Origin: Tubiluchus corallicola
Lineage: Eukaryota; Animalia; Priapulida
Assembly: GCA_030141605.1 (NCBI GenBank)
Contig: JAQGDQ010000273.1
Location: 124,001 to 188,000 of the forward strand
Direction: 5' to 3'
Length of the DNA stretch: 64,000 bases
Program-made: the position numbers and the translations under genes
In this document: positions 60,501 to 64,000 of the stretch, in pieces
Numbering within the stretch: position 1 is the stretch's first letter
Layout of the letters: each line of letters begins with the position of its first letter
The notes under the pieces: generated by a model
Databases searched by the model: none
What the model was told of the DNA's origin: nothing
The model's input: the letters and a program-made list of their open reading frames with translations, nothing else

Positions 60501-62640
60501 AAAGTCGGCGTCTATCTATGCATTGGTCGTCAGAACAGCGATAGTAGCCACGAGGACAGGTCAAGTCTGTCACTAAAAACGTGAAAATGATAGTTCAATA
60601 AAACAGCATCATCAGCACACACTTGCCATCTGCTTTGCATCTGATGAAGCAAAATTTATTTTTATTGAACTTTCTAAACTGCCAAACAGCTAATTCTTTG
60701 AACAAAGTAATGATTACTTGCTTTGGCTGTATCTCGTGCTAGCACAAAACTTATAGTTTTCATAAAAAATCACTATAGCTTTTTCCCTCAAACGTAATAA
60801 TATATTTTTTATCCATCTATTTATGTAAATCAACCAGTTTTTCCAGGAATAAAACCTTAGTCGAAACGTTAACTATTATGAAATGAATACGAAAATAATG
60901 ATTTCTTTTCAACCTGGGCACTCTTCACGTTCGTCTGCCCCATCTGAACAATCAGGGTTACCATCACAAAGTCGGCGTCTGTCTATGCACTGGTCATCAG
61001 AACAGCGATAGTAGCCACGAGGACAGGTCAAGTCTGTCACTAAAAACGTGAAAATGATAGTTCAATAGTCCGCTTTGCATCTGATGAAGCAAAATTTATT
61101 TTTACTGAACTTTCTAAACTGCCAAACAGCTAACTCATTGAACAAAGTAATGGTTACTTGCTTTGGCTGTATCTCCTGCTAGCACACCTAATATCGGCAC
61201 TTATAATTTTCATAAAAAATCACTACAGCTTTTTCCTCCCTCAAATGTAATATAGTTTTGTGCCCATCTATTCAGTGTAAATCAGCTAGTTTTTCCAGGA
61301 ATAAAACCTTAGTCGAAACATTAACTATTATGAAATGGATACGAAAATAATGATTTCTTTTCAACCTGGGCAGTCTTCACGTTCGTCTGCCCCATCTGAA
61401 CAATCAGGGTTACCATCACAAAGTCGGCGTCTGTCTATGCACTGGTCATCGGAACAGTGATAGTAGCCACGAGGACATGTCAAGTCTGTTACTAAAACCA
61501 TAACAATAATAACATGAACTGCAAAAATGATAACTTTTCAAATTAAAAACATGTTAATGCGTCAAGCACCTTGTTTTACCTTGGGATTACCAAAAAATTT
61601 AAATGTAACGGGAAGCAAAAAGCAATATTCTCAGTTAATTGCTGTACTTGAAAATTTAAGGGCTTTATCCTAAAAAAATTAAAGGACAAAGAATAATTGG
61701 CAACCCGGGAAATCTTTACACTTATCTGACCTTTTAAATAATCATGCGTGTCAACATAGAACCTAACTATATGTCTGTACACAGGTTTTCCAAATAATGC
61801 ATCGGTGAAGACACAAGTTTCTCGCTACAACCACTTACAAGCAGGCAATCTACAAAAAAGTTGTTTTTACAACTCTTAAATTATCAATATCCGTAAGTAA
61901 ACTGGCAGTTTGAATTTATTTTAAAACCTGATATAAGAGAAATGTTTTACGGCAAGACAGAAGTGATAGGGTGTAAACAACAACCTGGACAATTTTCACG
62001 CTCATCTGCCCCATCTGTACAATCGGGGTAACCATCGCAAAGTCGCCGTCTGTCTATGCACTGGTCATCAGAACAGCGATAGTAGCCACGCGGACACGTC
62101 AAGTCTATTAGTAAAAACACTTTAAATATCAATCCAACATGTAACATGAACAACAGAAATTGAAGTGAGCTATCCACCTTGATTTTAGAAGTTGCAAATA
62201 ATTTGAAAAATTTAAAATTATCAGTAGTGAAAATTTCTGTCGAAAAATGTCACTAGTTGGATATGTCTATCTAAGTTTTTTCACAACATGCATGTGGTAT
62301 GAAAAATAAAAATTCTGCCACCATCCATAAAAAATTAGCAATAGCAAAAATCATTACATGCATTTAAAAAACCCAGGCTTACTGTTATCGTCCTCAGAAT
62401 ACTAGTGCATTAACTGTAACCATGCATTCATTCCAAACATATCAATATTTTATCAATCTAGTGCTACATATGATAAAGCACTGACTGGCAGCTTACCACC
62501 AGTGCCTCCACAGTGGGCATCGTCTTCATCACTGTAGTCACTGCAGTCATACTTCCTATCGCATAGACTAGTCCCTGGTATACATTCTCCGTTATCACAC
62601 TGAAACTGATCCTCTCGACAAATAGGTGGTCGAACAGGCT
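425..62640 (-). CDS. HSPG2: Perlecan (basement-membrane heparan sulfate proteoglycan core protein) orthologue, partial multi-exon gene, domains II-III and start of IV
   Basis: Spliced exons give the diagnostic perlecan order LDLa...-Ig-LDLa x3-Ig([11 protein letters not shown])-[laminin B + laminin EGF] x3-Ig-Ig, with consistent splice phases and GT(GC)-AG boundaries; open at both window ends. Confidence 0.95.
707..826 (-). CDS. HSPG2: Perlecan exon, domain IV Ig repeat 1 (second half)
   Basis: [40 protein letters not shown]; 120 nt, AG/GT. Confidence 0.88.
1322..1536 (-). CDS. HSPG2: Perlecan exon, last laminin EGF end plus first domain IV Ig half
   Basis: [15 protein letters not shown]...[25 protein letters not shown]. 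Confidence 0.9.
1924..2010 (-). CDS. HSPG2: Perlecan exon, laminin EGF
   Basis: [29 protein letters not shown]; phase 2-2. Confidence 0.88.
2146..2415. repeat. Dispersed intronic repeat, copy 1 (about 270 bp)
   Basis: Closely matches 4046-4325 (shared aattaatgcctgggcac, ctactaaatttccat, acctagttaactctaattt, tatatcaggtcttagata). Confidence 0.8.
2603..2724 (-). CDS. HSPG2: Perlecan exon, laminin EGF
   Basis: [40 protein letters not shown]. Confidence 0.9.
2830..3400 (+). mobile_element. Degraded non-LTR retrotransposon 3' fragment
   Basis: ORF 2713-3072 has FKYLG followed by ...KF.G..NNILS...LINTYCL, resembling the post-RT region of LINE ORF2; intronic and broken. Confidence 0.4.
3681..3797 (-). 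CDS. HSPG2: Perlecan exon, laminin EGF
   Basis: [39 protein letters not shown]. Confidence 0.9.
4046..4325. repeat. Dispersed intronic repeat, copy 2
   Basis: Same-orientation match to 2146-2415. Confidence 0.8.
4385..4500. repeat. Degenerate pentanucleotide microsatellite (ACAGC/ACAAC)n
   Basis: acaacacaacacagcacagcacagcacagcag...; explains the Cys/Val-rich spurious ORFs here. Confidence 0.85.
4519..4767 (-). CDS. HSPG2: Perlecan exon, laminin B #3 C-terminal part plus EGF
   Basis: ...[22 protein letters not shown]...[17 protein letters not shown]. Confidence 0.92.
5181..5264 (-). CDS. HSPG2: Perlecan exon, laminin B #3
   Basis: [28 protein letters not shown]; 84 nt, same length as paralogous exons at 9913 and 23894. 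Confidence 0.88.
5626..5718 (-). CDS. HSPG2: Perlecan exon, laminin B #3 (GC donor)
   Basis: [14 protein letters not shown]...FRDVDVKIE followed by GAG|GCAAGT. Confidence 0.85.
6159..6344 (-). CDS. HSPG2: Perlecan exon, laminin B #3 N-terminal part
   Basis: [15 protein letters not shown]...[14 protein letters not shown]. Confidence 0.9.
6583..6723 (-). CDS. HSPG2: Perlecan exon, laminin EGF
   Basis: [47 protein letters not shown]. Confidence 0.9.
6825..6895 (-). CDS. HSPG2: Perlecan exon, laminin EGF
   Basis: [23 protein letters not shown]. Confidence 0.88.
7540..7578 (-). CDS. Candidate 39-nt cassette exon in laminin EGF linker
   Basis: tttttgtttcaatgcag|...|GTAAGC; phase 1-1, stop-free: [13 protein letters not shown]. 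Confidence 0.45.
8050..8195 (-). CDS. HSPG2: Perlecan exon, laminin EGF
   Basis: [48 protein letters not shown]. Confidence 0.92.
8398..8513 (-). CDS. HSPG2: Perlecan exon, laminin EGF
   Basis: [39 protein letters not shown]. Confidence 0.92.
8623..8733 (-). CDS. HSPG2: Perlecan exon, laminin EGF
   Basis: [37 protein letters not shown]. Confidence 0.92.
8965..9076 (-). CDS. HSPG2: Perlecan exon, laminin B #2 end plus EGF
   Basis: [37 protein letters not shown]. Confidence 0.92.
9475..9593 (-). CDS. HSPG2: Perlecan exon, laminin B #2
   Basis: [39 protein letters not shown]. Confidence 0.92.
9913..9996 (-). CDS. HSPG2: Perlecan exon, laminin B #2
   Basis: [28 protein letters not shown]. 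Confidence 0.88.
10296..10391 (-). CDS. HSPG2: Perlecan exon, laminin B #2
   Basis: [32 protein letters not shown]. Confidence 0.9.
10876..11370. mobile_element. Tc1/mariner-pogo type MITE
   Basis: TA flanks; terminal inverted repeats CAGTGGCCGCCGCTTATT(G/A)TGGACAC; subterminal tgtccatattaagcg/tgtccacaataaccg repeats; no transposase. Confidence 0.9.
11444..11629 (-). CDS. HSPG2: Perlecan exon, laminin B #2 N-terminal part
   Basis: [17 protein letters not shown]...[15 protein letters not shown]. Confidence 0.92.
11996..12136 (-). CDS. HSPG2: Perlecan exon, laminin EGF
   Basis: [47 protein letters not shown]. Confidence 0.92.
12617..12832. mobile_element. Possible small MITE relic
   Basis: Imperfect inverted ends gctgtgttcacatacc / ggaatgtgaacagagc. 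Confidence 0.4.
17426..17502 (-). CDS. HSPG2: Perlecan exon, laminin EGF
   Basis: [26 protein letters not shown]; phase 1-0. Confidence 0.88.
18319..18351 (-). CDS. Candidate 33-nt cassette exon in laminin EGF linker
   Basis: gtttttcacag|...AAG|GTATTA; phase 1-1, stop-free: [11 protein letters not shown]; TGCATG about 25 nt downstream. Confidence 0.5.
19054..19196 (-). CDS. HSPG2: Perlecan exon, laminin EGF
   Basis: [47 protein letters not shown]. Confidence 0.92.
20207..20354. repeat. Perfect 74-bp tandem duplication spanning a splice donor
   Basis: 20207-20280 identical to 20281-20354 (attgtgttttggaactcagc...ttgcacttactg). Confidence 0.9.
20353..20468 (-). CDS. HSPG2: Perlecan exon, laminin EGF
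   Basis: [39 protein letters not shown]. Confidence 0.92.
21225..21338 (-). CDS. HSPG2: Perlecan exon, laminin EGF
   Basis: [38 protein letters not shown]. Confidence 0.92.
21907..22018 (-). CDS. HSPG2: Perlecan exon, laminin B #1 end plus EGF
   Basis: [37 protein letters not shown]. Confidence 0.92.
22156..22495. mobile_element. Possible decayed MITE
   Basis: Imperfect inverted ends cactcatatctcggt / accgagacgagtg; GC-richer than flanks. Confidence 0.35.
22692..22840 (-). CDS. HSPG2: Perlecan exon, laminin B #1
   Basis: [49 protein letters not shown]. Confidence 0.9.
23425..23439 (-). CDS. Candidate 15-nt microexon
   Basis: ttttatttttacgcacatcag|GAAATAACGTTGAAG|gtattt; phase 0-0, EITLK. 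Confidence 0.35.
23894..23977 (-). CDS. HSPG2: Perlecan exon, laminin B #1
   Basis: [28 protein letters not shown]. Confidence 0.88.
24365..24460 (-). CDS. HSPG2: Perlecan exon, laminin B #1
   Basis: [32 protein letters not shown]. Confidence 0.9.
25130..25303 (-). CDS. HSPG2: Perlecan exon, laminin B #1 N-terminal part
   Basis: [13 protein letters not shown]...[15 protein letters not shown]. Confidence 0.9.
25556..25622. repeat. (ATGTC/ATATC)n microsatellite
   Basis: atcatgtcatgtcatgtcacgtcacgtcatgtc... Confidence 0.85.
25892..26016 (-). CDS. HSPG2: Perlecan exon, first partial laminin EGF of domain III
   Basis: [42 protein letters not shown]. Confidence 0.9.
26793..26890 (-). CDS. HSPG2: Perlecan exon, domain II terminal Ig (second half)
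   Basis: [32 protein letters not shown]. Confidence 0.92.
27152..27906. mobile_element. Tc1/mariner-pogo (Tigger-like) non-autonomous element, copy A
   Basis: TA flanks; TIR CAGTAGGTGCTGCTTAATAGACTCAC / GTGAGTCTGTTAAGCGGCACCTACTG; homologous to 29360-30287. Confidence 0.9.
28213..28402 (-). CDS. HSPG2: Perlecan exon, domain II terminal Ig (first half)
   Basis: ATPTIVKPP...[43 protein letters not shown], perlecan signature. Confidence 0.95.
29140..29271 (-). CDS. HSPG2: Perlecan LDLa exon (conserved core)
   Basis: [44 protein letters not shown]. Confidence 0.93.
29360..30287. mobile_element. Tc1/mariner-pogo (Tigger-like) non-autonomous element, copy B
   Basis: TA flanks; TIR CAGTAGGCGCCGCTTAATAGACTCAC / GTGAGTCTATTAAGCGGCATCTACTG. 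Confidence 0.9.
30843..30962 (-). CDS. HSPG2: Perlecan LDLa exon (conserved core)
   Basis: [39 protein letters not shown]. Confidence 0.93.
31697..31840 (-). CDS. HSPG2: Perlecan LDLa exon (conserved core)
   Basis: [47 protein letters not shown]. Confidence 0.93.
32635..32910 (-). CDS. HSPG2: Perlecan Ig (I-set) exon in domain II
   Basis: [22 protein letters not shown]...WSR...DQGTYKC...LTVEP; 276 nt, phase 1-1. Confidence 0.93.
33241..33252 (-). CDS. Candidate 12-nt microexon
   Basis: tttttatttttcacttgcactcactttag|TATATGACTTTG|gtaagt; phase 1-1, xYDF. Confidence 0.6.
34263..34382 (-). CDS. HSPG2: Divergent LDLa exon (7 Cys)
   Basis: [39 protein letters not shown]. Confidence 0.75.
34947..35060 (-). 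CDS. HSPG2: LDLa exon
   Basis: [37 protein letters not shown]. Confidence 0.9.
35819..35986 (-). CDS. HSPG2: Lustrin/WR1-type Cys-rich module exon
   Basis: [44 protein letters not shown]; 168 nt, phase 1-1. Confidence 0.82.
37130..37270 (-). CDS. HSPG2: Lustrin/WR1-type Cys-rich module exon
   Basis: [46 protein letters not shown]; 141 nt, phase 1-1. Confidence 0.82.
37551..37718 (-). CDS. HSPG2: Lustrin/WR1-type Cys-rich module exon
   Basis: [36 protein letters not shown]...SGVCCTNP; 168 nt. Confidence 0.82.
38302..38628 (-). CDS. HSPG2: Exon with two tandem Lustrin/WR1-type modules
   Basis: [43 protein letters not shown] / [43 protein letters not shown]; 327 nt; absent from the ORF track. 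Confidence 0.88.
39407..39526 (-). CDS. HSPG2: LDLa exon
   Basis: [39 protein letters not shown]. Confidence 0.9.
39940..40059 (-). CDS. HSPG2: LDLa exon
   Basis: [39 protein letters not shown]. Confidence 0.9.
41927..42109 (-). CDS. HSPG2: Pro/Thr-rich linker plus LDLa exon
   Basis: [60 protein letters not shown]. Confidence 0.88.
43048..43279 (-). CDS. HSPG2: Cys-less Ig-like domain, second exon
   Basis: IEWIRHGRG...[51 protein letters not shown]; phase 0-1. Confidence 0.85.
43395..44620 (+). mobile_element. 5'-truncated L2/CR1-clade LINE (reverse transcriptase pseudogene), antisense in intron
   Basis: [31 protein letters not shown] preceded by an in-frame TGA, YADNTQ (YADD mutated), [28 protein letters not shown]. 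Confidence 0.92.
45341..45450 (-). CDS. HSPG2: Cys-less Ig-like domain, first exon
   Basis: [36 protein letters not shown]; phase 1-0 joins 43279 in frame. Confidence 0.8.
46175..46303 (-). CDS. HSPG2: LDLa exon
   Basis: [42 protein letters not shown]. Confidence 0.9.
47099..47224 (-). CDS. HSPG2: LDLa exon (GYW subfamily)
   Basis: [41 protein letters not shown]. Confidence 0.9.
47455..47600. mobile_element. Truncated copy of the 27152/29360 MITE family
   Basis: ta+cagtaggtgctgtgtattagactcac...ataacttcgcataattgactc. Confidence 0.65.
48807..48959 (-). CDS. HSPG2: Lustrin/WR1-type Cys-rich module exon
   Basis: [50 protein letters not shown]; 153 nt, phase 1-1. Confidence 0.85.
49932..50048 (-). 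CDS. HSPG2: LDLa exon (GYW subfamily)
   Basis: [38 protein letters not shown]. Confidence 0.9.
50328..50450 (-). CDS. HSPG2: LDLa exon (GYW subfamily)
   Basis: [40 protein letters not shown]. Confidence 0.9.
50728..50850 (-). CDS. HSPG2: LDLa exon (GYW subfamily)
   Basis: [40 protein letters not shown]. Confidence 0.9.
51417..51517. repeat. (AG)n microsatellite
   Basis: Long agagag run. Confidence 0.95.
51591..51707 (-). CDS. HSPG2: LDLa exon (GYW subfamily)
   Basis: [38 protein letters not shown]. Confidence 0.9.
52540..52650 (-). CDS. HSPG2: LDLa exon (GYW subfamily)
   Basis: [37 protein letters not shown]. Confidence 0.9.
53492..53608 (-). CDS. HSPG2: LDLa exon (GYW subfamily)
   Basis: [38 protein letters not shown]; NAGNAG acceptor (cagtag). 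Confidence 0.9.
54411..54524 (-). CDS. HSPG2: LDLa exon
   Basis: [37 protein letters not shown]. Confidence 0.9.
55143..55265 (-). CDS. HSPG2: LDLa exon (GYW subfamily)
   Basis: [40 protein letters not shown]. Confidence 0.9.
55332..55634. mobile_element. Possible hAT-type MITE
   Basis: Inverted ends tagggctgagtatt / aatgctcaccccta with subterminal cgaat repeats; no clean target-site duplication. Confidence 0.5.
56191..56312 (-). CDS. HSPG2: Divergent LDLa exon, phase 2-1 (122 nt)
   Basis: [40 protein letters not shown]; acceptor ...ctaatttcatcctag. Confidence 0.7.
56758..56854 (-). CDS. HSPG2: Truncated LDLa-like exon, phase 1-2 (97 nt)
   Basis: [31 protein letters not shown]; ttttgtttctatctttgctag acceptor, AAG|GTATGC donor. 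Confidence 0.55.
57440..57850. repeat. Degenerate internally repetitive element (probable transposon relic)
   Basis: Recurrent gcc(a/g)ccat(t/c)ttgaa, gtcaatc.atgcagaat.tgttctagtatatt and gtgaagttt.atg.cgatccattg units. Confidence 0.55.
57922..58056 (-). CDS. HSPG2: LDLa exon (GYW subfamily)
   Basis: [44 protein letters not shown]. Confidence 0.9.
58075..58121 (-). promoter_or_regulatory. Cluster of three UGCAUG (RBFOX-type) splicing elements upstream of an LDLa exon
   Basis: Plus-strand catgca at 58075, 58089 and 58116, within 65 nt of the acceptor. Confidence 0.5.
59049..59162 (-). CDS. HSPG2: LDLa exon
   Basis: [37 protein letters not shown]. Confidence 0.88.
59521..59640 (-). CDS. HSPG2: LDLa exon, DLTCPRGYY copy 6
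   Basis: [40 protein letters not shown]. Confidence 0.9.
59970..60089 (-). CDS. HSPG2: LDLa exon, DLTCPRGYY copy 5
   Basis: [40 protein letters not shown]. Confidence 0.9.
60447..60566 (-). CDS. HSPG2: LDLa exon, DLTCPRGYY copy 4
   Basis: [40 protein letters not shown]. Confidence 0.9.
60914..61033 (-). CDS. HSPG2: LDLa exon, DLTCPRGYY copy 3
   Basis: [40 protein letters not shown]. Confidence 0.9.
61366..61485 (-). CDS. HSPG2: LDLa exon, DLTCPRGYY copy 2
   Basis: [40 protein letters not shown]. Confidence 0.9.
61985..62104 (-). CDS. HSPG2: LDLa exon, DLTCPRGYY copy 1
   Basis: [40 protein letters not shown]. Confidence 0.9.
62497..62640 (-). CDS. HSPG2: LDLa exon
   Basis: [47 protein letters not shown]. 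Confidence 0.9.
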
Positions 62641-64000
62641 CTAAAATGCAACAATAAAATAAGCACACTGGCAATTCTCTCCACTAGAGATCAAGTCGAG
62701 TCAATTTGTAAAGGCACTCCGCAGTAACAGTGAAAGAAATAACTTTTATTAAAAACTTTAAAATATAAAATACTAAAAACATGTCAAACATTTCATCTAC
62801 AGAGCCAAACAATCGTCTTCAGTGTGATAGAGTTTACAAACTGCAACCAGTTTTATAGGGAAAGCCTACAATACCTGAAAATATTATTCACATAGACGCC
62901 AAAGATGTAAAATTGGCCTGTAGAGAGAAGACATACAGTAAAACTACAGTTAATAAAACTATAGTAAAACTATGTGTTTGAAAACAAAGTTAAGAGAATT
63001 GAACTACTTTGCACAATAAGAGAAGGCTTGTTAGGGTACACGGATAAACTTTATTTTATTAACAGATCCCAGTTATTTGTAGCTTTTGCCACAAGGCTAA
63101 AATTATTAAAATCAGCCTTGTGGCCAGAGGCACAAATATGGTCACGATGAATGCTAGACTGAGGAGGAATTTTTAGTTTCTTGCTGGTTATAGACAATTT
63201 ACCCAGATGTTCACACGTTTTCACTTTATTGTTTCCAAAAAATCTCTGTACAGTCGCTTTCTAAAAAATTAGTCCACAGTTTTTGCAAGTAAAGAACATA
63301 TGGTTAAGCAAGACAACCCTCTTATTCTGCTACAGAATACTTTAAAATCTGGTAATAGTTTAGGTTCCATTTAAAGACAAAATACCCTCATTCTTACAGT
63401 CTTGTATTGTTTATAGATTTCAGTGTAGCAGCTGTAATGCTGGCTACTATGACACAATGTCCACACACTTTAAAACATAATGTGTGAACATCTGGGAATT
63501 TCATCTAGAATTGGCAAGAAACTAAAAAGTTCTACTCAATCTAGCATTCATCATGTCCATATTTGCGCCTCTGGCCACAAGACTAAAATTAATAATTTTA
63601 ACAATGTGGCCAAAGCTACAAACAACTGGGATCTATTGATGCCTACAAAACTGGTTGCTGTTTGTATACTCTGTCACACTGAAGGTGACTGCTAGGCTCT
63701 GCAGACTTTAAACAGGACATTACGTCAGTTAAAGGAAAGAAATCTTGCAAGATAGATTGGACTGACTTTTGTTATGTCTTGCCTCAATAAGAATCTGAGG
63801 GGTTTTCTACCGTAATGAATCTGAAATAAGTTTCAAATGGAATAAGAATACAGTAGTGTGAAATATAGGAACAAAGACAATGCTGCATGAGTGGGCTGGA
63901 TGAGAATATATTAATATACACTTACAATCAGGCAAATACTGGTTTTCTTTACAATTTTATATGGTTGAATTACTTTGAGCACTGAATAAGATTGCATATA

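Larger units (their letters stand above)
59521..61500. repeat. Tandem exon+intron repeat, unit about 450-480 bp
   Basis: Five near-identical 120-nt exons separated by four near-identical introns of 329, 357, 347 and 332 nt. Confidence 0.95.

Noticed and set aside
59521-61500. CRISPR-like or satellite array
   Set aside because: Units are 450-480 bp exon+intron duplications encoding LDLa modules with splice sites; no short repeat/unique spacer structure and the DNA is eukaryotic
47099-62104. Dscam-style docking-site/selector sequences
   Set aside because: I could not find by eye a common intronic element complementary to a single docking site; mutual exclusivity is therefore not claimed
29140-62640. 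A separate LRP/megalin/SorLA-type receptor gene
   Set aside because: No YWTD propellers, EGF-precursor modules or transmembrane exon; the LDLa exons run in the same phase into the perlecan-specific Ig and laminin B domains with no stop or new start
63926-63946. Short exon candidate ending in GTAAGT near the window end
   Set aside because: Weak acceptor, and joining it to exon 62640 would create a TAG stop; context beyond the window is unavailable

Overview
AT-rich, intron-rich eukaryotic (invertebrate-type) genomic DNA. The whole window lies inside one large minus-strand gene, a perlecan (HSPG2/trol/unc-52) orthologue; neither the start nor the stop codon is in the window. I assembled about 65 exons by hand from splice sites and reading-frame phase. 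In transcript order (high to low coordinates) they give: a strongly expanded domain II (28 complete LDL-receptor class A exons, 1 truncated LDLa-like exon, 6 Lustrin/WR1-type cysteine-rich modules, a cysteine-less Ig domain and two canonical Ig domains); domain III (three laminin B/IV globules with laminin EGF repeats); and the first Ig repeats of domain IV. Almost all domain II exons are one-module, phase 1-1 cassettes, and some were tandemly duplicated very recently together with their introns. Other notable signals: a frame-coupled exon pair, several candidate microexons, a GC-AG intron, a duplicated splice donor, RGD motifs, an L2/CR1-type LINE fragment and TA-flanked MITEs. Exon boundaries were counted by eye and may be off by a few bases. 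All splicing claims need RNA evidence.
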